Assembly (NCBI GenBank): GCA_030704615.1
Contig: CM060733.1
Span: 59,210,001 to 59,274,000, forward strand
Length of the DNA stretch: 64,000 nt
Direction of reading: 5' to 3'
Origin: Takakia lepidozioides
Lineage: Eukaryota > Plantae > Bryophyta
A program made the position numbers and the translations under genes. The notes under the pieces are model-generated. The model was given only the letters and a program-made list of their open reading frames with translations, was not told the DNA's origin and did not search any database. Below, in pieces: positions 36,331 through 50,687 of this stretch. The stretch's first letter is position 1, and every line of letters starts with the position of its first letter.

Positions 36331-39300
36331 ATGGTGTCCCAGGGTGCTAGAAAGGAAGTGTTTGTGGGAAGCTATGGAGAGATGGAGGAGCAGAATCAGA
36401 AGCTCGAGTCCGGGGAAGGACTGCCTGACCCCTCGATGCCGGGGCAACTTAAGCGGCTGCTGTGGCACGGAGGGTCTGTCTACGATGCTTGGTTCAGTGC
36501 AGCGTCCAACCAGGTTGTCTTTAAGCTGTGTCTGTGGGGAGTGTGCGTGGATGCCTGTAGTTGAGCTCTAGCCCTGCATGAACGTTGTGTTGTGTCCTTC
36601 GTAGCTGACCAGCTGGTTTGACTGGGCATGGCGGCAGTATTAATGTTGGTGAAGCCGAAAAAACGTTGGATCAGTTTAAGCTTCTGAAATCCCGTTGCAA
36701 GGTTTATATCTTTCCATGGGCGCAAGACTGGGGACAAGGAGAGGGTGTGCCGTGGAAACCCAGAGTCATTGCCATCCCCTTCCTTCGAGGGAACTATGAT
36801 CCGGTGGAGGAAGTTATTCTTAGTGTGAACAATGAAGCAGTTCACTTTGACTACATCACAGAGAATATGGTGTTCCTAAATTGGTGGTTCTAATGCCCGA
36901 ATCGACCTTGATAGGAGATTCAGTCAAGCTCCCAACGTTATCTAGATTACTCTTACATTGTGGTGGCTACCTCCTCAACATCATACGTTTTGCATGACGG
37001 AAGCTCTAGGTGACACTCACTGTGGTCATAGATCACCCCGAGGCTGCTGTCCTGTATGAGCGCAGAACTGTGTAATGCTCTCCAAGGTCAGCGTCCCTCA
37101 ATTGGGAAGTTGTGGAAGTAGTGCTTGAAGGGAGCAATGAGTGCAGGGAACAGAGCCTCTTTGCCCAAAGTCAAGAGTGTGTGAGTATAACACGTACTGG
37201 GTGATTGGGAATGGGGCTCTAGAATCTACCCTGAACCCCTGCGCTCCCACTCTCGTGAGAGCTGAACAGGCATTGTGCCTGATAAGTCAGGAATGTTTGT
37301 ATGTGGATTCTCACTCACTCTGAGCTTCTGCACTTTCGAGCCTTCTTGAGTGTGCATTACTCGGATGTTGCTATTGATGCCTTATCCAAAGATTTGCAGC
37401 CCGGCGCGTCTTTCAATGAAGCTGTCTGCGTGAAACGTAGCTGAAAGCATAACGTTCTTCACAGGTCCCAGTCCATCTCCAGGCAGAACCAGCAGTGCTT
37501 GAGGCGACTGTGACCTTACATGCTGGACAACCTGCAATGTATTGGTTTTGCCTACCAAAGCGTTCGTAGTATGGCACGTCGACAATGAAACCGCTTTCCC
37601 CAATCATACGAACTACTATGCAGTGATAAAACAGCTTTTGACTTCATCTTCCGTTTGGTCTGTCTAGGAGAATTTTCGTGGTGAGATTGGGTTGCACGCA
37701 TGTCTCATTTGCTAAAGAGATGCGATTGAGAAGACTTCTTCTGTTCTTCTGTTTGCCCTCCTCGCGGTTGTGCGCCTGCCAGGTTTTCTTCGTTCGAGTG
37801 TCTCCAGGATTACCAAAATCTGACAGTGTGTGACCCCTGGACTGCCGAGCATGCAGGTAGCTCAAGTGCTCCTGACACTCCCCACCTCATTCGCACAACT
37901 TGGGTATGCATCGGGCTTAGTGTTCCAGATATTCTATGGATTCGCTGGATGCTGGGCCTGTTATATGATTACATGGCTTTACATGGAGTATCGCACACGG
38001 AAGGAAAGGGAGGGCTGTACGTTCAAGGACCATGTCATTCAGGTTGGGCCTCAGAACTTACTCTTGCCCGTAGAAGCTGTTTAAGTGGTTAAGTACCTTC
38101 GAGTTGCTGGTGCAGACTGATGAGGAAGACAGTGACCGTGTGGGCACTCCCCCTAAAGTCTACAGGGGATTATGCAGAACGAACTCAAATGGCTATCTTC
38201 TAAATGCTGAATGTCTTTTGCTTAACAATCTGATCAGCAATAATTTGAGTATTGGGAAGAGAAAGGAGGCCTGATAATTCTAAGGATGCCCATGGTTGCA
38301 TGAGCTCTGCTCAATGTATGAACATGGGCCTTGTCCATCATTCATGTAAGGAGAGCCCCACTCCTTACTGTGGCTGCTGTACTGGATGAGTGACTCGGTG
38401 ATTTGGTGGAGGCAGGCTAACATGTCCTTCATGGTGGGCTGTGTTGGTGTGAGGGATCCAGTGGTTTGAGGTACTCGATGGATTGCTCGGGCCGTATTGG
38501 AAAATTGTAGGCCTTGTCTTCAATTGTACATTCTTACTCTTTGGTGCTGTAATTCAGCTTATTGCTTGCGCCAGGTGAGGTTCTCTGTCATATTGGGACT
38601 TGTTTTTAGTGTTACAGGATGATCTTCCAGCAGCCCACGTGTTAACAGTATTAATCGAAGATTTAGAGGGGTGCATCGTTGCTTGGTTGCTGGTGTCTAT
38701 AGCATTTGCAGTTCTGATTGTGTCGCAGGTTGCTTCTGAAGGTTGTTGTCAAGGCTTAGTGATATATGGTTGCCAAATTCTCTTGAAAGATTATGTCTTA
38801 CACAGTTCTATGGCTCTTTCAACACCAGTTCTTTCTGCTTTTTTCCCTGGTGTCCTCTGGCCTCTAGTGGTGGTCATTCTTTCTTGCGAGTGAATGCGCC
38901 TGTCCCTCCCATTGATGAGAGTGTCTGCTCTTGTGGTCCAATTACGGTATGTATACCCCACCTGCACACCTAGTCTGTCCAAAGTCGTATGCAAATCTGG
39001 CTTAGGCAACAGGAAAGTGCACACTAAGTCTGAATACAACAACCTTTAAATATCAGGTGTGGTTTACCTAAGGCCTACTATTTCTGCACACGAGGGTTCT
39101 AGAAACAATCTTTGAGAATGCAATGCTGCAAGAAGTGTGGATTAGTGACCACTTTGTCAGACAAGGGTGAGACCTTGCAGTACCTCTCAAGCAGCAGGGA
39201 TGATAAAGTAGGTCAAATAGCACTTCATTAGCACAAGTATGTCTGATGGACTGTGATTGACACTTCATCACCATATTGCAGCAATATTTTCTTGCTGAAT

Positions 39301-41778
39301 GACCGGCTGGACAAGCGGGAATGGACCTACATCTTCGGAGCATGCTGCATGGTCACAATTTTTGTGCCCTCCTTCCGGAATTACCGAATCTGGTCTTTCT
39401 TTGGGCTCATCATGATTACTTATACAGCTTGGTTTATGACAATAGGCTCACTCGTTCATGGACAGGTAAGCTGGTTGTTTCTGGGGCGAAATTGCCTGAT
39501 AGCTGATTCTCTGGGCTGATGGCTTTGATGCTTATGGTATAGTTGGAGTATTTCTTGTGATAATGATGGTGGACGAGGTTGTCTAATAGACTTCAATTGC
39601 AGGATCCTTTGGCAACCCACAAAGGTCCCATCTCAAAGGTGTTCTACTTCACAGGGGCTACCAATATTCTTTACACATTTGGAAGTCATGCTGTCACTGT
39701 GTAAGCTTTGCTGCCCCAGTTCCTTTATTACTTTGTCTCCCTCGCTCTCTCTTTATTTATCAAGCCCCACCTGAATGAGCATTCTGAAATGGCAGTTTGT
39801 CTCCCATCCTTCTGTTCCTCTCAGCTCCCTGTTCCGAGTTGCGGCAGTACATTATCTATGCCATGAGCATATGACCAGTGATTCAACATCATGATGGACG
39901 CATCACTCTTTCTCCAACCTGGTTATCAGTTTCAGGAAAGTGGAAATTACTCTACGCCAGTGAAAGGAAAGAAGGAATCAAGGTTTAATGGCAAGCAATT
40001 TTTGGAACACTATGCACAGCTGTAGTGCCTGGGTTTTACATTCAGCAGTAATGGCTACACTCCAGGAATTTGAGTTCCAACTGTTCAATAAAACATTCTT
40101 GATAGTTCACCATGAAGCTACAGGATGTAGGTTGGTCCTTCAGGGTGCAGGGAGCTATGGCACTACTGCGTTGGAACCTGCTAAGCACTTCAGGGATTTG
40201 GGGAATCTGGTTGCAGGGAGATAATGCATGCCATGTGGAAACCTGTGAAGTTCAAGTATGTCTATGTGTTTGCAACTCTTTACGTCTTCACCTTGACCAT
40301 CCCCTCAGCACTCTCGGTCTACTGGGCCTTTGGTGATCTTCTTCTGAAACATTCGAACTCACTCGCCTTGCTGCCTAAGAGTGCTGCTCGTGACGTAGCT
40401 GTCATTCTCATGCTCATCCACCAGGTATGATGTTCATACATGCATCAGGAATGTTCTTTCCGTCGAGTGAGGGGTTTTAGTCCATTGATGGTGTTCAAAC
40501 CTCTAGCACCCACATCTAATCACATACTCTCCATGTGCCTCATGTGCTAGCCTTGCACCTATGCACCATTGTACTGGTGTGAACTGATCAGAAAAGGGAT
40601 TGAGGGTGGGTGAGGTTCTGAGGGTTGGGGGACAGATTGAAGACCACTAGAATCTCAGTGGCCTTGGTCCAGTGTATGTGGAGTTACCTTAATTTAAGCT
40701 TGGTTGAATTCTCTCCAGAAATTTGCTTAGCACAAGCTTGAAACTAGTCTGGTCAAACTTCTAGTTGTGGAAAAAAACAGAATTTGGAAGTTGGGAAGCA
40801 CAACTAAAAAGCCAAGTGAACCAGAATGCTAATGGGTGGTATGCAATGGCTCATGGAGCCCACATGACCAAGGTGTGGCAGTTTTGAAGACTGTAATCTT
40901 TACTGAACGGTTTGTTGTGTGCAGTTCATTACGGTGGGATTTGCGGTCACCCCACTTTACTTCGTCTGGGAGAAATTAATTGGCATCCACACCACTAAGA
41001 GCATTCTGCTCCGGTCTGTATGTCGAATGCCCATAATCCTGCCCATCTGGTTCTTTGCAATAGCTTTCCCTTTCTTTGGGCCAATCAACTCGACAGTGGG
41101 TGCTTTGTTGGTGACGTTCACTGTCTACATCATTCCTTGCACGGCACACATGGTTGTTTTCCGCTCTGCATCTTCCCGCCAGGTGTGTCTTCAATTCTTT
41201 AAAAAAAAATTATAGTTCCCTTGATTGTGCCTTGGCAAGCATGGCTGCAGTATATTATCTCGAGCTCATTGATGGAGTAACAGATACTTTCTCTCTCTTT
41301 CTTTCACCTCATACGACCCAACTTCTTGAACCAAATATGAGTGGCAATACAGGTTACAGTTAACACTTGTTTGTTGTGTTAGGTCTTTTACTTCATAGAA
41401 GTGCCGATACCAACATCGTGCTTTGGAGTTAGTATGCGAATGCTATTTGTTTATTACTGCACTCAAATCCCTTGTAACAGGTCATCTGGTGTTGAGTAAG
41501 TCAGGATTCTAACATGCACGGCTGAACGATTTATTTGCACTATGCAGAACTCTATTGAGAAGCCACCGTTCTTTCTACCAAGCTGGACAGCTGTCTATCT
41601 CATCAACATGTTTATCATTGCATGGATCGTTGTGATTGGAGTCGGGTGGGGAGGGTGGGCAAGTGTCACCAATTTCATTGCTCAGATCAAGACTTTTGGT
41701 GTGTTTGCGAAGTGCTATCAGTGTCCACCCAAATCGGTGCCTGCGTTGCCTCCTGTGCATATGGTCCGGCATTTGTAA
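36331..41778 (+). CDS. AUX1/LAX: AUX1/LAX auxin influx carrier; exons 36331-36513, 37857-38042, 38462-38574, 39282-39465, 39603-39700, 40217-40424, 40925-41182, 41548-41778
   Basis: LLWHGGSVYDAWFSAASNQ|VAQVLLTLP, HVIQ|WFEVLDGLLG, LDKREWTYIFGACC, YFTGATNILYTFG, EIMHAMWKP, ILMLIHQ|FIT, FAKCYQC. All junctions GT-AG and in phase. Confidence 0.97.
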
Positions 41779-42716
41779 GGTAGAGTGATCATCAAGCTTA
41801 TGACGTTGAGTTTAGAAGGGTTACCCCTAATGGCAAACCCTGACATGCCCACTACTCTTTCAGAGATAAGCTTATACACAGATTGATATGCCCTCCTCAA
41901 CACTTGATGCTCAGCGGCAACATCAAGATCCACCACACCCATGCCAGGTTTCCTACATTACAGGAGCTAGCTCTGGACAGATTCTTCTTTCTGCTGTTAG
42001 AAAGTCTCTCTTCACGGCAAGGAGGACATGATTGCTTCCAGTCTTTTCAGGGGTTTAAAGTACCCCTAAAATACAGTCTTTTCCTTCTTAGATTACCTTT
42101 TCCCTTAAGTGGCTGAAGTGGTGAGAGCAAGCACAGCTTGTAATTTTTTCATACAGAGTTGTGCCTACTACTTCTCAAGTTTGAAGCACCCGGGCGTATT
42201 CTTCAGATTCTCTGGAGTAGCCCACACGGTTAGTTGCCAAGTCAGTACAGTAGTTGAATCAAACTGTCGACCATGTAAGCTTCTGCAGTAAAGTTTCAGC
42301 TTCAAAAAAGTGGTTGGCTCTTGATATGCAAGTCATGAATCACTAACTTGCCGTGGAATGGCGCACCTCCTGTGCGCTCTTGGGAAAAGGTCCTGCTTGT
42401 ACCTTGGTTTTCTGCGATGGTACAATCACACACCACACCTCCTCGCACCTACCTCACAAAAGTAAACGACTCATTATGGCTGCAAAGAACCTGTGGAGAG
42501 CTGTCTATGCGCGACTGCGCCACCTTTTTTACAAGTACTTGAACCCGTCGTTGTGCTTCACCACTTAAAAAACAAGTTGACTCTGCAGGAGAGAGGGGTA
42601 TTCTTCCATGGAAATGCAATGACTGCGAAGTTGGTAGCATGATCACCAGTAAGGACGTGGATTGTGAGACAGAAGAAACACCAGATTCGGAACATTGTTG
42701 TGATACTCTTTCGTTG

Positions 42717-44404
42717 CCCGGTTTTGGCTCTTGAGGTTGGTGGACCGCTCAGCTCAGATTCATCGCACAACGAAGAGAGTAGCTCTCAGTATGGGGTTGT
42801 TTGAAGTTTGAACGCCAATGGAACCTCTGCTGTAGGACGTTGATCTACACTTTTGCTTGTACTTTCTGCGGAGTCGTCTCCTGTTCCCCACATCGAACTC
42901 ATCATCCATTTTCCCAACCCACATGTTGGTGTTAGGCCTATCTCTGGCCTGCCCCCCATAAATTCATGGATTGTCCTTGAGAATTCAATCAAAACGTCGG
43001 ACTGCTTTCCCTCAAATCCATTGAAGGGGGACGTGGTTGTTTCCATGGAGATGATTACAAGGACTGCCCCTACATTAATCAAATCGAACCCATTGTACTT
43101 CCTTTCTATGAAGATCTAATAAATCACCCTGTCCAAGAGACTGATAGCTCTGGTCAAGAACACCGGTCTGCCTGATTGTTGCCCTAAAAAGCCTGAATGC
43201 ACCATCGGGTACTTCCAATAATCTCAACAGAATCCACTAGCTTCATGCCTAGCTTGTGGAGGGCTATCTTTGGCCCAAATCCAGAAAATAGCAGTAACAC
43301 ATTTCTGCCTTTGGGTACAGTTGTCGTAGCACGGAAAAGCGAATGGTTGTTCAATGGATGACTTCAGACCTATAACAGTTGTGGGCTTTTAACAGCCTCT
43401 CCACAATCAGATCAGATACTATAACCTGACAAGCGAACCACAGCTCTTCCAATTAGGTGTTCAATGATATGAGCTCAGCCATAGCTGAAATAGGCAGTTC
43501 CTGAATAGGTATACAGTGGGTGTGTGAAATTTGTATGGGGCTGGCTGCTATAACTACCTAGGACTTGGTACAGGTCAGAATCAGACTAAAAGACTAGGCT
43601 TCGTTGAAGCAAAGTTGATTCAGGCATTCAGCTACATTCCAGAACATCTTTGCATTGAACATAAGTACGTCATCTAGTTTCTCTGAGATGGGTGTAGGAA
43701 TGTTAAGGGCTGTCTACACGTCTACACCAGACTCGACCTTCTGGTGATCGTCTCTGTTTCAAATAGATCACTGTGCAAGTCTGATATTTCCTACCCCACG
43801 GTGTCGTTACAGTGACAAAGCGACGGTTTATGTTGCAGTGTGTCAGCAAGTTAGCTTGGATGATGGACGGTTTGCTTCTTCAGCGATTCTGTTTGACAGT
43901 ACCGAGCTATCCTACTATTCACCAAAATTCGTGCAAGCAAACCTAACTTCTCCCTCGATGATGCTAGGCCGTGTGATGGTGCCCCCACCTTGTCTTGCTC
44001 GATTTCTCTAAACGTTATTGGCCCTCGTTCGCTCATGGATTGCATACATGCTCGCTCCTGTGCGTATTCAATCATCTGAAAGTTGGAGAGGGTAAATAAG
44101 CTTAAAGCACTGCTAGGTTTCCCAAATGCTGAGAGGTGGGAAGCTTGGTCAAGGCACGCGCGTGTTGGAGGAGAATGCAGAAACTGTGAAGCAAACTGAG
44201 CCCCAGCAAGTAATCATCGCTCCTACCCGAGCCTCAGTTCATGAGAAATTGGTCTTACATCTCTCTCTCGTCGGGGGGCAGCTATGAGCATTTTAAACTG
44301 GAACCCCCAATTCCAGACTCTCTTTGGGCCCAGAAAATCTCTCTCTCTCTCTCTCTCCACTCTCACTCTCTTGCGCCCAAGCTGGGCTCGGCCACAGGGC
44401 TACG
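42717..44404. repeat. Left arm of a long inverted duplication (partner 58268-60058)
   Basis: Reverse-complement alignment by eye over more than 1 kb, roughly 85-90% identical with indels. Confidence 0.9.
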
Positions 44405-44514
44405 AAGATAATAGGAATAAAGTAAGAACTTAATGCACACATGCAACCTTTGACAGGATGGTACGCCGCTTTCCGGCATGTCAAATCTTCCCCACCCTCT
44501 CTTGAGAGTGACAT

Positions 44515-44842
44515 GGAACTGAAGGAGTGTAAACTCGAGACGGGGTTACACTAGGTTACAAGACGAGGTGTGTAACTCCACTCGGGGTTACACAGAATGG
44601 AGTGTAACTCCTCTCGGTGTAACTCACACCTGGTCTCAAAATTTGACTGTCCAAATTTGGTTAAGTATAAAATGGACTAACCAGAGTTACATGAGAAACC
44701 GGGGTTACAGAGGGTTACACCGATTGGAGGGTTACACTACCGGGGTTACACCAACCAGGGTTACACTACAAGTGCCTCCCATCAAGAATCGAACCCTGAA
44801 CCTCACCACGTATAACGCTATCCCCTTACCACCATACTACCC
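44515..44842 (-). mobile_element. tRNA-like head with GGGTTACAC/GTGTAAC repeat body (SINE- or MITE-like)
   Basis: Minus strand 44840-44775 has A-box-like TAGTATGGTGG and B-box GGTTCGATTC; about 12 GTTACA motifs in both orientations follow. Confidence 0.5.
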
Positions 44843-45934
44843 ACCACAGAGAAAGATGTCTCACCACCAGTGGTGGAACAGACTTCCCTTGAAACTTGGA
44901 AGAATGAATCTCCAACTGGTAAATGTGCACTTTCTCTGCCCCAGAGAGTTCCACAAAACCCAGATGCAGTGACAGCTTAACCCCCAAATCCAACCACTCG
45001 TTGATATTTTCTGATACATTGTCCCGGCTGGCTCCAATCTTTCCCAGCCACGGCCCACTGCAAGCCAATGGTTTTCAAACATTCAGGATTGATAAAAAGT
45101 TAGCAAATCTACCTCCCGTATCTAGATACTGCTACATGCATTTCAATCAGGATGTTTTCACATTTCCTGGTCTGTGCTTTTCATACTGATCACTGAATGC
45201 CATAACCTTGTTAGCCTTTACAAAAGGGAATTCACCCAAGCAGCTTCATGCTAGAGCTTTTTCTTTATGTTTGTTTCTCTTTGCTGACATGTTTGGGCTT
45301 GTGGATCTGGAGCTTCAAATTCGTTCTGGAAGCCTGGGGTTCTTATTTTGGACAGCCTTTGGCAACTGTTTTTGGTCTTGATGGTTTCTTGCCTTTCCTC
45401 ACCTTTACCAAGGTGTTCAAGGAGAGAATTCCTTTTCAGTTTGATCTGGTGTCTTGCCCTTTTCCTCAGAGAAAGACAGACAGAAACAATGTGTATTAAC
45501 CAATGTGGGTGCCAGATCCAGGCTAGCAACAAACCGGTGGTCGTATGGAGACTGAAAGGTCAAGTGGACGAAAATAAAGAAGCATACCTACGAATCAACT
45601 CGAACAGATCCGAATGAGAAGAATGGGACGCCGCTGTCATCGCAATCTGTCTGGCCACCAATGTCCCTGGCAGCGGCCTCCGCGCTTATGCTGCAATCAC
45701 CGCACTCCTTTGCCCCTTTCTGGCGCTGTCCGCCTTCCTGCATCATTTGCTCGCACATCGCCAAAGACTCGCACATCCCCAAAGCCTCCATTCCACACAC
45801 CTGCGCATATGCTGCAATCGCGCGGATTTGGCATACATCGCGCGGAGATTGGCGCCATAACGAAACAAACTAGAGAAAGAGAGCCTATTCTCCCCCTATG
45901 CTAAAACCAGTTCCGACTTTGTTGTCACTAGAAT

Positions 45935-46166
45935 TATTATTTTTATATATTTTTTAAAAGGAAACCTGGGAGCGACTGCTCACAATTCAGGCCCTTGAGG
46001 AGGGGAAAAATTAACCCCCTTTCAGATAAGCCATTAGGCACACAGGTGGGAAATGTCACCACCAGTACCAACCGGTCACGAACAATCCACACACCAGGCA
46101 GGGCAGCGGGTTTGAACCCTGAACCACCAAGGCGACACACTGTGCACTTACCAGCTGAGCTACCAG
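45935..46166 (-). mobile_element. tRNA-derived SINE
   Basis: A box TAGCTCAGCTGG, B box GGTTCAAACCC, about 150-bp body, A-rich tail at about 45935-45955. Confidence 0.7.
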
Positions 46167-49100
46167 TTGATGTGCTACATTATTCCTATTGTCTTCCCCC
46201 AGAATTTCTCTTACTCTTTCTCCTCTGTTTTTTAAGTCTTGTATTATGAGTTAGGGTGTCCCAATATTTTGATCCTTCTGACAATCTATGAAGCAGTGTT
46301 TGTCTTATTGCTCTAAAGTGCAACTTGATAACAAAGCTTGGGAGAAACCCATGTGCCTGATCTGCATGCAAACTGCTGGAACCTACACACACAAGAGACC
46401 CCCTTTGAAAGCTTCAAAAGACCTGACACAGCACCCAGGTCCAGATGTTTGAGACCCTGCAGAAAAGATGTGATACTTTTGAGTTTGAATCCTTCTCCTT
46501 AACATACAAGTTGATGGACTGATGGAAATGTATGGCAAGGAGGAAGTTTCAAAGCCTAAGTTGTAAGTGCCTCAAATAGTTGTAAAATTGGGAATGTCAT
46601 ATCAAATGACGTCTACATGTAAGGGTGTCAATCAAACAAGTTGCGAGGAGTTCTCCATCCACTTTCATGCACATGCTGTATTTTCAGACGGCTGTTACTT
46701 CCTGTTCCTGGTCCTGGTCCTGGTCTCGCTGCACAGCCGAGTATTGTGTTAGTAGCACTACCTCACATAACAAACAGCTGTCAAGCTACACTAATGCATT
46801 AACATTCAGTCAATGTCTTGGTTGAGATACCAATGTCATTGTACGGTGATTTCTAGCCCATCCTCCAAGGTCACATTTCAGTAGCTGACTCAGATCTGTT
46901 CAGAAATTGGCTCCTGGACGAAGACCCCTGCCTACTCTCAATGGCTGCCAACTCTTACTGTTGAACCACTACATAGCTTCAAATTTCAAAAATTGTTCAA
47001 GTATATTGGACGTTGCTAGTGTAATCTCACAATCATTCTTTCCCACCCTTCATTTCGACTGTTCCAACCTAAATTGAGTGCACCCACGCCACACTACACT
47101 TAACCAGTCCAAAGTTTTGCAGTGCGCATGTGAGGGGAAGAGGAACACAATTGTGCTTGCATCTCAAAATGATAAAGATTTCCACTTGAGTTTAAAGCCT
47201 TCCTACCATGAATTTGAAGTATGTAGACCCACCTGCATTTTTTGTTCTTGGATTTGCTGCAACTGTAATCCCTTGGCATCTCTCACTGGGTTATCTCCTG
47301 ACTGCCAAAATCATTTCGAAATACAATATATGGCCCATAAGAATGATGAAGAAGAGGAGATACAACATAGCAGGCAGGTTTGTGGCTACGGAGAGAGGGA
47401 GATAATGAGTGGGAGCCTCAAGCTGCTGCTCAAACTGACCCCAGAACTTAGACCCAACGAGGGCAACATCTTTCATCAGTGAGGTGAAAAAGGGGTCAGT
47501 CATTTCGATGCTTTCAAAGTGGCTACAAAAACAATGCACCAGAACTTATTATCCGCATTATCTGACATATGGGTTCCATAAAAAGAAGCTTGTTAATTTA
47601 CTGTCCTCTTAGTTTGAACTTCAGCCTTAAGCTAACACTTTGTTCACTAAAAAGAGCAGATTTGTGCCTGGCTTCAGCTTACTTGGTTTTGAATAAACTT
47701 ATATGCAGGCATAAAACTATCTTGGCCTTAACCATATGGGTCGCCTTCCTATACTGCAGACCCTATTCAAGGGTAGGTCTCCTTATATGGAGAACATGGA
47801 CCCTTGCACTGCCGGATACAGTCCGCTGCACAAGAAAATTGGACAGCACCAGCATTTCCTCTTGCTTGTTTTGAGAATCTCTTGAAGTGTGAGCTTCCCA
47901 GCTGCAATGCTGGCAGACTTACATTTAAGAGCACAGGAGTAGTTCTGTGAGAATAATTCCAATTTGACTGTTGTTGTAAAACACCATGACACAACTTGTG
48001 CGTCAACCACACACCAAGATCAGACAGAAACAGATACAAGACTAGGGAAATGCAAAGAACATAGGATAGCTCACCAATTGCTGCTCCATGTACTCATCCA
48101 CAGCCCACTGATACTTGGATTGGTTCAGTCCAAACCATTCTACCAGATGTTCTTCCACCCCCAATGCCACTGGCACAATGCAAAAAATTAGTCACATATT
48201 CCTGAAAACTAAGAGTAATAGATCAGCACTGCTGGTCATACTTGCGAGACAAGGACAGTACCACCCAAATAGGTACCACTGTCCTTAAGTGTCTTTTGCC
48301 AATACGAGATGCACCAAGAAATTCAATGAGAACTATGTTGGCAAGGAGAGAATTTCCAGTCAGCAGTATATTATTGGCAGGCTTTCTGCCACGTAGACAA
48401 GATTATACACTACACAGTCTTTCTCACAATGTCAACCCTAATGAATATATTTTGGCTATTACACAATGTTCACATTCCCACCTCGCCTTAATACATTTTT
48501 TCTTACATACAGATGACCTCAGTGCAGGCTTTCAGACTACTCTCCAAGCTGATGGCTGCATCAATCCTTCCACGGGCCAAGAGAGAGAAAAGAAGGCTTT
48601 CTAAAATCCTCCTCCACAGAGAGAGAGAGACAAAGAAAGAGCTCTACAACATCAGCAGGAGGCTCAAAAGACTTTATGGGACAACGACAACTGAAGACAG
48701 AATGAACAGAACAGTGGGGCTCCCAACCATGAGCCACACTGAGAGAGAGAGTGCGAGAGAGAGAGAATGAAGTTTGGCAAAAGAATTCGACTAAGGGACG
48801 ACAATGTTGGAAGGATTTAAGGCAGACGTGTGCAGGACCAAGTGAAAAGCAAGTCTCCTCACGTAGCTGAAGGTGACATAAGGGCTACTGGATTCAGCTG
48901 GACGAGAGAGAGAGAGAGAGAGAGTGCACAATTCGAGGAGGAGCGGAGAACATACCATCCCGCAATCTTGACCAATAACTGCGTGAAGGTTTCATATTCC
49001 TTGCCTCCGCAGTTGACTCAGGTCCCATGTCCACGACGGATGAGTCAGAAAGATATGTGGTCCTGCTGGGAAACACTTGAGGAGGCTCCGTGGACGACAC

Positions 49101-50687
49101 TGACTCCATATCATCGTCTTCGACAATGGCTGTACTTGCAGCAGCAGATCGTCTGTCTATCCCTGTGGGAACACGGTACTCTCCGGTGTTAAAATTATCT
49201 AAGTTTCTGATAAACTTATCGTTTTGATCTTCATCCAGGAAAAATCTTGGTCTTGATGCTGGAGATTCACCCATAGGACCCTAACTTACACCTGCTTGAG
49301 TGCTCCACAACTGCGATGCTGGTTAACACAATTTGTGGATGTTTGAACAGTGAGCAAAGCGATGGTTAATCGATAGATGGGGCAATGGAGCACTCTGATC
49401 GCATCGGCTGCATTAATTCTCAAGTCCAATTAACAAAGTGAACTGGGACAACATTTCAAGCTACCTCCAGCAATCTCAACAATCAACAAGGGATTCATGA
49501 GCTCGACCCTTTGATGGACAACTGATGCTCAATTTAAAAACCCAAATCGCAAACAGTGATCGATAGGATCTGGAAGGGGTAAAGTCTACCTCTCCAAAGG
49601 TGGAGGTCAGTGATGGTGAACGCGGTGCCAGTCAACCTGCCTCTGTGTTTCCACCCATCTCCCGAAATAACAGGAACTCGGCAATTTCTCAACTGCGCAG
49701 GAAGTAAACCGTGTTGGGCACTCTATCTCATCATCATCAACCTCGCCAAGTCTATAAACCCTCCAGAAAACCTCTCAGATTGTACAAACTCTCACCACAT
49801 CAAAGAAGGATCTTTCCAAAGTCGAGCTCACGACCTCTATGACCTAAGCGAGAAACATATGATTCAAAATAGTAATGAATGTGATAAGGATATTCCACCA
49901 TAGATTCTATACTATCACTTGAGCACTGGCGCCTTAATTTTACCTTCCTTTCAAGTTCCTCTGTCTCTCCGAATTCTGCAGCTTTCTGGGTTCCATAACT
50001 CTCCTGCATCTATGCAGATTTTCCTCTTATGATAGCGACCATATAGCTTCAAGTACTCCAGGTTTGGGCTGTTGAGTTGTTAACAGGAATCGATCAAAGT
50101 GTGGGTGACAGGTTGGACAGGATTCTTGTGAGACAGAGATTCATGGGCATTGAATGCATCAGTGTTGACATGATTGCCAGAACCATCACCAGGACTCAGG
50201 ACATCGTGATCTGTCGTGGATCTGTAAAGTTGCACGTCTCGAATTCTTTGATATATTGTCAACACTATTCACCTTACTTCAACCTGAGGAGTGTTGCTGT
50301 TGATAGGAGATAATATTTTGATTGGTGTCGCAGGCCATAAGTTTAAGCATAAGAACCAACCCGAGCCCAAGTGCCGAGTATGCTAGACAGAGCATACGGC
50401 TGCCCAATTTGGGCGGAGGGGCTGCCCCCGCTTGTTACCATTCAGAGATCACACTCCAGGGAGTTGCAGGGAATGGCCCGTGTAGGCATATTCTAAAGAG
50501 GGAAAGGCCCCAAGCTTTCCAACTAAATCCAATGCACTCCCTTACCTGGAGCAAAGCGCTTCAGGTCGATACAAACAAAGACACGAGGTCACAAGGCCGG
50601 CATTTAGTCACAGAGACATTAATGTACTCCCGTATCAAGTCCACCCAATGGCAAGAGGCTTCCTAGAGGACAGGGAGACGTAAGGAA

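Noticed and set aside
35695-36468. 257-aa minus-strand ORF
   Set aside because: Antisense to the AUX1 5' region with no recognisable domain.
44775-46166. Functional tRNA genes
   Set aside because: A/B boxes are present but acceptor and anticodon stems do not pair well; treated as SINE heads.
46300-50300. Possible old L1-like LINE remnant on the minus strand
   Set aside because: Only compositional hints; no convincing APE or RT motifs by eye.
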